Positions 37,518-49,030 of a DNA stretch of 64,000 nucleotides are shown in pieces; the stretch's first letter is position 1; each line of letters starts with the position of its first letter. Made by a program: the position numbers and the translations under genes. A model generated the notes under the pieces. That model did no database searches. It saw only the letters and a list, made by a program, of their open reading frames with translations, and had not been told where the DNA came from. Location: NCBI RefSeq assembly GCF_036365525.1, contig NC_090378.1, positions 82,452,357-82,516,356 on the forward strand, read 5' to 3'. The stretch comes from Heterodontus francisci. Lineage: Eukaryota.

Positions 37518-39789
37518 AACATTGCGCAATCATCAGCGATCATCCCCACTTCTGACCTTATGATTGAAGGTCATTGATGAAGCAGCTGAAGATGGTTGGG
37601 CCTAGGACACTACCCTGAGGAACTCCTGCAGTGATGTCCTGGAGCTCAGATGATTGACCTCCAACAACCACAGTGTGATACTTTTTATATGTATTTACCC
37701 AGGGTGCACTTACTTGGATCTGAACTTAGTCCTTGAAATTCACTTGTGAAATTCTACACAAAATCATGTAATATAACGTTTAATCCACTCATGAACATTT
37801 TGTGAAGATTAGCATTTTTGCATAAAGTTCAGCTTTTCAAAAAGTTTAATTATTTGCTAACACACACATTTAACACAATTAAGTAAATCTGTACATTAAT
37901 ATTCACTAGTAAAGAAAAAAATATTCTAAGACAATGATCAAACAACTTTTTACCAAATAAATTTTGTGGAGTATCAGAGAAAAACATTTACAGTCTGCAA
38001 CAAGTACATCCTTTGTAAGACCATGAAAAAGTAGAACAGAAAATCAAAGCCATCACAATGTGAGAATAATCCCAAAACGTAATTTAGAGTTTAGTCAGCT
38101 TGGAGCTCTACAACAGTCAAGTGTCCTGGTGTTCCATTGACCAGACTTCTTTGAAGTTTTTCTTTAATTATGTAACCTAAGTTACATTGATTGTTTAGTC
38201 TGAAGAGCCTTCCCAATTACTGAGACATCAGTGAAAGAATCTGCAAGCAAACACAGAATTTTTCACAAAGAATGCAGAGAACTGACTTTTGATGTTTTCA
38301 AGATTATGAATTAATTGACAAAACATTGACTCAGGTGCATTTTCAATATGGTGAAGAGGAGGTCAGTTAATCATTTCAGAAGTTCAAAGCAAGAAACATC
38401 TTGGAAATTAAGTAGTCAGGGATATTTTTATATGAAGGATAATAGATTTGTATTATAAGTTACCAGACGAGGCCATTGAAACCAACTGTATAGGCTAGGT
38501 TAAGAGACATTTAGATGTGTTTCTGAAGAGAAATGCACTGCAGGATATGGTAATTAGGAAGTGGGGTTGTTATCAATCGAAAAAGGATAGATAAATGGCC
38601 TTTCCTGTTTCTAAAAGCTCTGATATCACATCATAATAAATTTATTTAAAATACCTAAATTTTCTCATTAGCAAAACTTTCTGGCTTAAAATTTAACAAA
38701 AAGGGGAAAATGTTTGGCAGTGAGATCATCTTCACTGATCAGAGAACTCACCCTATATAGGGGAACCTAACAGAACCAACTATCAAGCATCCCTGTTCTC
38801 CTGGTATATCACTGTCTCACCAAAAGCTGTTGAGTAACTGCTGCCGACAGGGCAGAGGCAACTTTTAATCAAGCACAAAGAATAAAGAGGATACAGTGGA
38901 ATATATTTTATAAAAGAAATTGAACTTTATTAATTTTCATAACTTCTGACAACTTGCTTTCAGGATAGGGTAGTAGAGGTACAGGCTGTTGAGTTTCTAA
39001 TATGAGATAAGTAACTACATATCCAAAAACCTTCCTCCCCAACTCCTCACATTAGACTCAAAAATCATAAAGCTGACCTGAAATTCTGAATATGCAATTC
39101 TGCAGGTATTATAGCAGTTTAATTTACCAATCTCAAAAGAAAAAGATAATAACTGAGAAGTGAACGTATTTTTTAAACTGGAAACACTGGTCAATTTTGG
39201 AATGTAAACATGTTGAATGTGAAGAGAGCCAATGTGAATAAGCTTGAAACAATCATATCAAATTTTAGTTTCAAATTTTCTCCTCTCCTGAAAGTGGTGG
39301 GGTAGGTTTCTACAGAGTTGTCAGCAGCTACTCCACTTTAGGGTGCATCAAAGCCAAGCCTGATCCGTTCCTATCTGGTATTCACCGATGCACTTTCCAC
39401 CGGGCATTACTGCAAAGTGATGATGGACAGAAACCCTGGCTGGTATTTTTTCCACTTCTCTACTCCAGAAACATTGAGGCCAATTAAACAGCACCTGCTA
39501 TTCCCTAGCTGAGATTAGCTAAATCAGCAAAGACTTGAAACCTTCCTGTTTTATGTGTGTCAGTAACACAGTTAACCATTGAGCTATTGGACAGCCTACT
39601 ATATTAAGATTTTTAAATTAGAAACCACCAGCCAGTTTTTGGACTGAATCTAAGGTAGAAACACAATGTGATCAAAGTTTAAACAATTGTAATCAAATTG
39701 AGATGTTATAATTATGTTTCTTGGTCAATTACCTGCTACCAGTCCCTCTTTCCCAGGGTATGAGGCTTTGGAAACACTCACCTCGCAGG

Positions 39790-39888
39790 TTATGTTTTGT
39801 GGGAAACCAAAGTAGTCCCATTAATGGTCGCAGTAGTGGTTGTGGGGACAAAAGGTTTGACTTTTTCTGGAGGATCAAAGAAATAAGC
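39790..39888 (-). CDS. YIPF1: YIPF1 last coding exon with stop
   Basis: ccccag|GCT TAT TTC TTT GAT = AYFFDPPEKVKPFVPTTTTATINGTTLVSHKT*; the eight exons sum to 930 nt in frame. Confidence 0.92.
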   Translation of the reverse strand, partial: AYFFDPPEKVKPFVPTTTTATINGTTLVSHKT

Positions 39889-39944
39889 CTGGGGAACAGC
39901 AACAAAATCATTTTAAAATTATTGTAGAACTAAGTTTTTTAAAT

Positions 39945-40313
39945 TCTTTTCATGGGATGTGGGCATCACTGGCAAGGTCAGCATTTATTGCCCATCCCTA
40001 TTTACCCTTGACAACTGAGTGGCTTGCTAGGCCATTTCAGAGGGCAGTTAAGAGTCAATCACATTGCTGTGGGTCTGGAATCATGTGTAGGCCAGACCAG
40101 GCAAGGACAGCAGATTCCTTCCCTAAAGGACATTAGCGAACCATATGGGTTTTACAACGTTTCATAGCACCATTACTGAGATTAGCTTTCAATTCCAGAT
40201 TTTTTTATTTATTAATTCAATTTAAATTCCACCAACTGCCATGTGTCCCCAGGGCATAGCCTGGGCCTCTGGAAAACTAGTTCAGTGACATTACCACTTT
40301 GTCACCATCTCCC
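39945..40313 (-). mobile_element. SINE made of the 5' head/core plus 3' tail of the 34292-37517 LINE
   Basis: Colinear with 34292-34613, then jumps to 37443-37510 at ...ctcagttg|tcaaggg...; B box deleted in this copy. Confidence 0.88.
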
Positions 40314-40354
40314 CCTGTTCCCATTTTAAACATATGCTGGGTGAGTTCATTTCG

Positions 40355-40887
40355 AGTCATAGTCATTTATGCCACAGAAGGCCATTCAGCCCAGCAAGTC
40401 ATGCCAGCTCGCCACAAAGAATCCAGTCAGTCCCATACCTGCGCTCGATCCCCTCAGCCCGACAAGTCTATTTCTCTCAAGTGGCCATCCAACTTCCTCT
40501 TGAAGTCACTGACTGTCTCCACTTCAACCACCCTTGTGAGCAGTGAGTTACCACCTGGTGTAAAAACGTGCTTCTTCATATCCCCCTGCATCACTTGCCC
40601 AAAATCTTCAATCTGTGACCTCTAGTCCTTGTACCATTAGTTAATGGGAACAGTTTTTCCTTGTCTATCATAATTTTGTACACTTCTTATTAAATCTCCC
40701 CTCAATTTCCTTTGTTCTAAGGAGAACAAACACAGCTTTTCCAACATAACCTTGTAACTATATCCTCTATCCCTGGAACCATTTTGGTAAATCTCCTGTG
40801 CACTCTCTCAAGGACCTTCACATCCTTCCTGAAGTGTGGTGGCCAGAATGGGATACAATACTCCAGTTGGGGCCTAACCAGAGCTTT
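40355..40887 (-). mobile_element. Old CR1 3' fragment interrupted by the full-length CR1; continues 45118-45275
   Basis: ALVRPQLEYCIPFWPPHFRKD on the left joins YKSREVMLNLYK on the right. Confidence 0.85.
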
Positions 40888-43800
40888 GCTTTTGCGAGCA
40901 GCAGCTTTGACAGAACGAAGTGCGGAGCGGACTTTCAGCTGAGCGGTCAATTTCAAAAAGTTACAAGTTAATCCCCTTTTGTTTCGGAGGACCAGGGGAC
41001 TGCTGGGTAAGGGAAAACTATTTATTTGGGCAGTGGCAGTACCCGAGACACTACACGTGTAGTGTCTCCCACCCACCCTCCTCCTCTAACCAAAAAAAAA
41101 GGACTCTGGTGTGTTGATAAGGTAAGCTTTTTATTTAAAAAGTTCAGTCCGTCGGATTGCTAAGCGAACAAGTTTTGACTTTTTTTTTTAGTTTGGTTTT
41201 TCAGTAGATTTATTGGGAATCTAGAATAGTGGGAATGGAGGTGAAGGCAGTTGTATGTTCCTCCTGCAGAATGTGGGAGGTAGGGGTCGCCAAGAGTGTC
41301 CCTGCTGACTGCATCTGCGGGAAGTGCACCCAACTCCAGCTCCTCGCAGACCGCGTTAGGGAACTGGAGCTGGAGCTGGATGAACTTCGGATCATTCGGG
41401 AGGCGGAGGGGATTATTGACAGGAGTTATAGGGAGGCAGTCACACCTCAGGTAAAAGAAGTAGGTAGATGAGTTACCGTCAGGGGAAGGAAAGGGAACCA
41501 GCAGGCAGTGCAGGGATCCCCTGTGGCCGTTTCCCTCAACAACAGGTATACCGTTTTGGATACTGTTGGGGGGGACGACTTACCAGGGGTAAGCAGGTCT
41601 CTGGCACAGAGTCTGTCCCTGTTGCTCAGAAGGGAAAGGGGAAGAGGAGCAGAGCATTAGTCATTGGGGACTCCATAGTTAGGGGAACAGATAGGAGGTT
41701 CTGTGGGAACGAGAGAGACTCATGGTTGGTGTGTTGCCTCCCAGGTGCCAGGGTACGTGATGTCTCCGATCGTGTTTTTGGGATCCTTAAGGGGGAGGGG
41801 GAGCACCCCCAAGTCGTGGTCCACATAGGCACCAACGACATAGCTAGGAAGAGAGATGGGGATTTAAGGCAGAAATTCAGGGAGCTAGGGTGGAAGCTTA
41901 GAGCGAGAACAACCAGAGTTGTTATCTCTGGGTTGTTGCCTGTGCCACGTGCTAGCGAAGAGAGGAATAGGGAGAGAGAGGAGTTGAACACGTGGCTGCA
42001 GGGATGGTGTAGGAGGGAGGGTTTTGGTTTCCTGGATAATTGGGGCTCTTTCTGGGGTAGGCGGGACCTCTACAAACAGGATGGTCTTCACCTGAACCAG
42101 AGGGGTACCAATATCCTGGGGGGGAGATTTGTTAGTGCTCTTCGGGGGGGTTTAAACTAAATCAGCAGGGGAATGGGAACCTAAATTGTAGTTCCAGTGT
42201 ACAGGCTGTTGAGAGTAGTGAGGTCGGGGATAAGGTTACAGGGACGCAAGAGGGCACTGGCAAGCAAGAACTTGGTTTAAAGTGTGTCTACTTCAACGCC
42301 AGGAGCATCCGGAATAAGGTGGGTGAGCTTGCAGCATGGGTTGGTACCTGGGATCCTGATGTTGTGGCCATTTCAGAGACATGGGTAGAGCAGGGGCAGG
42401 AATGGATGTTGCAGGTTCCGGGATTTAGATGTTTCAGTAAGAACAGAGAAGAGGGTAAAAGAGGGGGGGGTGTGGCATTGTTAATCAAGGAAAGTATTAC
42501 AGCGGCAGAAAGGACGTTTGAGGACTCGTCTACTGAGGTAGTATAGGCCGAGGTTAGAAACAGGAGAGGAGAGGTCACCCTGTTGGGAGTTTTCTATAGA
42601 CCTCCGAATAGTTCCAGAGATGTAGAGGAAAGGATAGCGAAGATGATTCTCGACAGGAGCGAGAGTAACAGGGTAGTGGTTATGGGGGACTTTAACTTTC
42701 CAAATATTGACTGGAAATACTATAGTTCGAGTACTTTAGATGGGTCTGTTTTTGTCCAGTGTGTGCAGGAGGGTTTTCTGACACAGTATGTGGACAGGCC
42801 AACCAGGGGCGATGCCACATTGGATTTGGTACTGGGTAATGAACCCGGCCAGGTGTTCGATTTAGATGTAGGTGAGCACTTTGGCGATAGTGATCACAAT
42901 TCGGTTAGGTTTACCTTAGCGATGGGCAGGGACAGGTATATACCGCAGGGCAAGAATTATAGCTGGGGGAAAGGAAATTATGACGCGATTAGGCAAGATT
43001 TAGGATGTGTAGGATGGGGAAGGAAACTGCAGGGGATGGGCACAAACGAAATGTGGAGCTTATTCAAGGAGCAGCTAATGCGTGTCCTTGATAAGTATGT
43101 ACCTGTCAGGCAGGGAGGAAGTTGTCGAGCGAGGGAGCCGTGGTTTACTCAAGAAGTTGAAGCGCTTGTCAAGAGGAAGAGGGCGGCTTATGTTAGGATG
43201 AGACGTGAAGGCTCAGTTAGGGCGCTTGAGAGTTACAAGCTAGCCAGGAAGGATCTAAAGGGAGGGCTAAGAAGAGCAAGGAGAGGACACGAGAAGTCAT
43301 TGGCGGATAGGATCAAAGAAAACCCTAAGGCTTTCTATAGGTGTATCAGGAATAAACGAATGATAAGAGTTAGAACAGGGCCAATCAAGGATAGTAGTGG
43401 GAAGTTGTGTGCGGAATCAGAGGAGATAGGGGAAGCGTTAAATGAATATTTTTCGTCAGTATTTACAGTAGAAAAAGAAAATGTTGCCGAGGAGATTACT
43501 GAGATACAGCCTACTAGGCTAGATGGGATTGAGATTCACAAGGAGGAGGTGTTAGCAATTTTGGAAAGAGTGAAAATAGATAAGTCCCCTGGGCCAGATG
43601 GGATTTATCCTAGGATTCTCTGGGAAGCCAGGGAGGAGATTGCAGAGCCGTTGTTGTTGATCTTTATGTCGTCATTGTCGACAGGAGTAGTGCCGGAGGA
43701 CTGGAGGATAGCAAATGTTGTCCCCTTGTTCAAGAAGGGGAGTAGAGACAGCCCTGGTAATTATAGACCTGTGAGCCTTACTTCGGTTGTGGGTAAAATG

Positions 43801-45117
43801 TTGGAAAAGGTTATAAGAGACAGGATTTATAATCATCTTGAAAAGAATAAGTTCACTTGCGATAGTCAGCACGGTTTTGTGAAAGGTAGGTCGTGCCTCA
43901 CAAACCTTATTGAGTTTTTCGAGAAGGTGACCAAACAGGTGGATGAGGGTAAAGCCGTGGATGTGGTGTATATGGTTTTCAGTAAGGCGTTTGATAAGGT
44001 TCCCCACGGTAGGCTATTGCAGAAAATACGGAAGTATGGGGTTGAAGGTGATTTTGAGCTTTGGATCAGAAATTGGCTAGCTGAAAGAAGACAGAGGGTG
44101 GTGGTTGATGGCAAATGTTCATCCTGGAGTTTAGTTACTAGTGGTGTACCGCAAGGTTCTGTTTTGGGGCCACTGCTGTTTGTCATTTTTATAAACGACC
44201 TGGATGAGGGTGTAGAAGGGTGGGTTAGTAAATTTGCGGATGACACGAAGGTCGGTGGAGTTGTGGATAGTGTCGAAGGGTGTTGTAGGGTACAGAGGGA
44301 CATAGATAGGCTGCAGAGCTGGGCTGAGAGATGGCAAATGGAGTTTAATGCGGAGAAGTGTGAGGTGATTCACTTTGGAAGGAGTAACAGCAATGCAGAG
44401 TACTGGGCTAATGGGAAGATTCTTGGTAGTGTAGATGAGCAGAGAGATCTTGGTATCCAGGTACATAAATCCCTGAAAGTTGCTACCCAGGTTAATAGGG
44501 CTGTTAAGAAGGCATATGGTGTGTTAGCTTTTATTAGTAGGGGGATCGAGTTTCGGAGCCACGAGGTCATGATGCAGCTGTACAAAACTCTGGTGAGGCC
44601 GCACCTTGAGTATTGCGTGCAGTTCTGGTCACCGCATTATAGGAAGGATGTGGAAGCTTTGGAAAGGGTGCAGAGGAGATTTACTAGGATGTTGCCTGGT
44701 ATGGAAGGAAGGTCTTATGAGGAAAGGCTGAGGGACTTGGGGTTGTTTTCGTTAGAGAGAAGGAGGAGGAGAGGTGACTTAATAGAGACATACAAGATAA
44801 TCAGAGGGTTAGATAGGGTGGATAGTGAGAGTCTTTTTCCTCGGATGAGGATGGCAAACACGAGGGGACATAGCTTTAAGTTGAGGGGTGAAAGATATAG
44901 GACAGATGTCAGAGGTAGTTTCTTTACGCAGAGAGTAGTAGGGGCGTGGAACGCCCTGCCTGCAACAGTAGACTCGCCAACTTTAAGGGCATTTAAGTGG
45001 TCATTGGATAGACATATGGATGTAAATGGAATAGTGTAGATCAGATGATCGGCGCAACATCGAGGGCCGAAGGGCCTGTACTGCGCTGTAATATTCTAAA
45101 AAAAATTCTAATTCTAA
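40888..45117 (+). mobile_element. Near-intact full-length CR1 LINE (HER1-like): 5' UTR, ORF1 (zinc finger/leucine zipper + SGNH esterase), ORF2 (APE-RT); antisense in a YIPF1 intron
   Basis: ORF1 CSSC...CGKC, zipper, IGDSIVRG, HIGTND, DGLHLN; ORF2 CVYFNARS, GDFN, SDH, QHGF, FADD; attcta-repeat tail; lesions: TGA 41469, an ORF1 frameshift near 41594, TAG 42544. Confidence 0.95.
42151..45039 (+). pseudogene. CR1 ORF2 endonuclease/reverse transcriptase with one premature stop
   Basis: One reading frame from the ORF1 junction to 45039, interrupted only by TAG at 42544-42546 (likely TGG>TAG). Confidence 0.88.
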
Positions 45118-45379
45118 TTTATAAAGGTTCAGCATAACTTCCCTGCTTTTGTACTGAATGCCTCTTTTTATGAAGCCCAAGATCACATATGCTTTACTAA
45201 CCACTCTCTCAATATGTCCTGTCACCTTTACAGATCGATGCACATGAACCCCCAAGTCCCTCTGTTCCTGCACATTCTAACACTGGCTCACTAGATTTTA
45301 TTATGCCTTAGTTGTAGTCCAAAAAAATTACAATTTTCTTTGAAATGTGGTTCAGTAAACCTACACCACATTAGAAAAG

Positions 45380-45842
45380 GAAGAAAAAAAAGGAAGTCAT
45401 GCATTTATATAGCGCCTTTCATGACCACCAGACATCCCAAAGCACTTTCCAGCCAATTAAGTACTTTTTGAAGTACAGTCACAGTTGTAATGCAGGCAAC
45501 ACAGCAGTCAATTCATGCACAGCAAGCTCTCACAACCAGCAATGTGACATTGACCAGACAATCTGTTTTTGTGATGTTGATTGAGGGATTGTTATTGGCC
45601 AGGACATTGTGGATAACTCCACTGCTCTTCTTCGAAATAGGGCCATGGGATCTTTTACGTTACCTGAGACAGCAGACAGGGCCTCAGTTTAACATCTCAT
45701 CCAGAATACGAACCTCCAACAGCGCAGTACCGCACTGGAATGTCAGCTTTGATTTTTGTGCTCAAACCCTAGAGTGGGACTTGAGCCCACAACATATTTG
45801 ACTCAGAGTGAGTGTGCTATCAACTGAGGCACAGCTGACACT
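45380..45842 (-). mobile_element. Deu-domain SINE, near full length
   Basis: tRNA-like head (tgcctcagttgatagcac...gggctcaagtccc on the minus strand), Deu core and gcgctatataaatgc tail. Confidence 0.82.
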
Positions 45843-46531
45843 TATTTTACACTTTAGACAAAAACAGCCAAACAAAATTACAGAAATAAACAGATGGATG
45901 TTCTGAAAACATGAAATGAAAATAATAAATGCTGGAACTACACAAGAATTCAATCAGCATCTGAAAAGATTCCAGTGAAAGATCCCATCCAAAAACAGTA
46001 GATAGTTTGCCCTTTGAGATGAATCTGCCGGTACAATTCCAGCATTCCCCATTTTGAACACAACATTGCAAAAAGTTGAAACCACCACTACAAAATATGA
46101 ATGTCACACTTGAAGAATGCTGATCATGTGAAACTGAAGCTAAACAAACAAATTACGAAGGTTTAAAGAAACACAGTACTTCTCAGAAAATGGGATGAGA
46201 CTTTGTAAATTCTTCCCAAACTGTTTGCTGCCCAGTTTATTTTAGGTGCTGATTGCTCAGTATTGGAACTAGCTAGTGCCACTCTAGATCAGTTCCAGTA
46301 CTGGGAAAATATCTTTGCTGGCAAGCTGAACACAGCATTCATATGAGGCCAATGGAAAAACTTGCTGGATTTGTGGAGGTCTAAAGAAATGAATATAGAC
46401 CAGAAATAATCCTAATTTACAATTTTACCATGTTAATGTGAAACTTAGCAAAAAGCACTTTGCATTTAGGTTTTGTAACAATTTTTCTTTAGAAATGTCA
46501 ATGTTTATCTTTCAATAGAGCAACTTAGTAC

Positions 46532-46714
46532 CTTACAGCCAACTGCAAGCAGGGCATGAAGGATCAAAATGACTGCAATGGTTGCTATGGCAATTCTCTG
46601 GTTATCATCTCGGACGGCTGGCCAAAAGGTCATTAACAGCACGGTGCCTGAAAGGCACATGGCCAGCACTATTGTGATCCAACGTACTATCTCGTTTGGA
46701 ATAATCCACAACAC
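46532..46714 (-). CDS. YIPF1: YIPF1 coding exon 7 (183 nt)
   Basis: ttgcag| ... aag|gtacta; VLWIIPNEIVRW...TFWPAVRDDNQR...LHALLAVGCK. Confidence 0.95.
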
Positions 46715-47499
46715 CTGCAACACAGAGAGAAGAGTTATTTGCTCGCACCAGAGCTATCCTGAGTCTACAATGAAAATTTAATTTCTTTCTCCCCCCTCGC
46801 CACAATTAAGTTGATTAGATCTCCCAAAAACTGTAGTTTCAGTCAAAAGTTTGTGTAGCAATAACCATTGTGGATTCAAGAAAACCTCCTTGGCCTCACA
46901 CTGTGGAGAATTGGATGGATTGCCGCCTGGCTCAGCCTCTGCCCACAAAACTCCTACCTGGAGTTAAAATCCAGGCTTATATCGCTGGTTGATAAAACTG
47001 TCCCGATAAGTAACCATCCTCATTTGCAAATCTCCCAGAACAACAAAGTCCTAACTTGGAGTAATCCTAGAAACACATCTTTTCTCAGAAATTCACTGAC
47101 GCCCAAGAGGTTCTTCAACCCATTACCCTCCCATTATTGGAGGCAGCCTTCCAATCCTTCCTTTGACCTGTCCCACTCCCCAACTCAGATAGAATATGAA
47201 TTTAGCATTTTGGTTTGAGGCGGGCATCAGAATAATGAAAAGTTTCAACTCATTCTCCCTTCACAACATTAAGCACATAGCATGGCCAAATACCGTAAGT
47301 TTAGCCCGAGATGCAGATTTTCCAAGAATCTTTTAATCACCCAACTATTGTTCCGTACAGAACCTCAGGGGGCTAAGTATCTTGAATCCAACTAGCCAAA
47401 AACCACTAAAGTAGACAGTTGGTGAAGTATATGCAAGATCATCTACTGCTAACATCTGTACTTTTGATCAGCTCTGACTTTGGTCATCTGCAGTTCCTT

Positions 47500-48565
47500 C
47501 ACGTTTTGGTTAACAGACAGAAAACAGAGAGCAGAAATAAATGGGTCATACTCAGGATGGCAGGCTGTTACTAGTGGAGTACTGCAAGAATCAGTGCTGG
47601 GGCCACAGCTGTTCACAATCTATATAAATGATTTGGATGTGGGGACCAAATATAATATTTCCAAATTTGCTGATGACATAAAACTACACGGGAATGTAAG
47701 TTGTAAGGAGGCTTCAAGGGGACCTGGACAGGCTAAGTGAAAGGGCAAGAACATGGCAGATGGAATATAATGTGAATAAGTGTGAAGTTATCCACTTTGA
47801 TAGAAAAAACAAAAAAAATGGTGAGGTTGGGAAGTGTTGATGTCCAAAGGGATCTGGGTGTCCTTGTTCATGAGTCACTAAAAGCTAGCATGCAGGTGTA
47901 GCAAGCAATTAGGAAGGCAAATAGTATATTGGCCTTCGTCGCAAGGGGTTTTGAGTACAGGAGTAAAGAAGTCTTGCTACAATTGTATAGAGCCTTGGTG
48001 AGACCGCACCTGGAATATCATATACAGTTTTAGTCTCCTTATCTAAGAAAGGATATATTTGCCATAGAAGGAATGTAAAGGAGGTTCACCAGACTAATCC
48101 CTGGGATGGCGGGATTGTCTTATGAGGAGAGATTGAAGAAACTGGGCCTGTATTCTCTAGAGTTTCAAGGAATGAGAGGTGATCACATTGAAACTTACAG
48201 AATTCTTACAGAATGAGACAGGATGGATGTAGATAGGATGTTTCTTCTGGCTGGTGGGTCTAGAACCAGGGACCTAGTCTCAGAATGGGTAGGCCATTTA
48301 AGATTGAGATGAGGAGGAATTTCTTCACTCAGAGTGGTGAATCTTTGGAATTCTCTACTCCAGAGGGCTGTGGAAGCTCAATCATTGAGCATGTTCAAGA
48401 CAGAAATCGATGGATATTTAGATACTAATGACATTAAGGGATATGGGGATAGCGCGGGAGTGTGGCGTTGTGGTAGATGATCAGCCGTGATCTAACTGAA
48501 TGGCGGAGCAGGCTCGAAGGGCTGAATGGCCTACCCCTGCTCCTATGTTTCTATGTTCTATGTCC
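47500..48565 (+). mobile_element. 5'-truncated CR1 (RT half) with an atgttct-repeat tail
   Basis: VTSGVLQESVLGP, SKFADD; 3' gggctgaatggcctac...ctatgttctatg. Confidence 0.9.
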
Positions 48566-48863
48566 CATGTTTCTCTTCTTTGCACATCCTCCCTGGCAGG
48601 TAATAATCTTAATCAGCTTTCAACACTGAAGATCATAGCTATTTCACAGGATCTGAAACCCTGAAGCTAATAACCCTTCTTGTTCTTTTGTACTTTATTG
48701 ATATTACGATTAGTGCTTCTCTGAGCTTTTCTTTTCTATTCCCCCCAAGTTCCAAATGTATCATTCCAGGCATGCTTTCCTTATTGTGTTGGGAGTCAAG
48801 CATTGTCACATCATCTCCACATCATCACTGTTTCCCAGGTTATAAAAGCAAAGCCATACTTAC

Positions 48864-49030
48864 TGCCGTGGGAATGTAAATAAACAGTGAGTATCCATAG
48901 ACACACACTATCTCCAGGAATGAATATGACACAATGTTCATCACTTTGTTGTTTCTCCACATTAGAAAGCCCCATAGAGCAAGGGGAATGAGCCAGGCAT
49001 AGGTATAGATTGCTGTAGCTGCTATAGAAA
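48864..49030 (-). CDS. YIPF1: YIPF1 coding exon 6 (167 nt)
   Basis: ttgtag| ... gca|gtaagt; VSIAATAIYTYAWLIPLALWGFLMWRNNKVMNIVSYSFLEIVCVYGYSLFIYIPTA. Confidence 0.96.
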
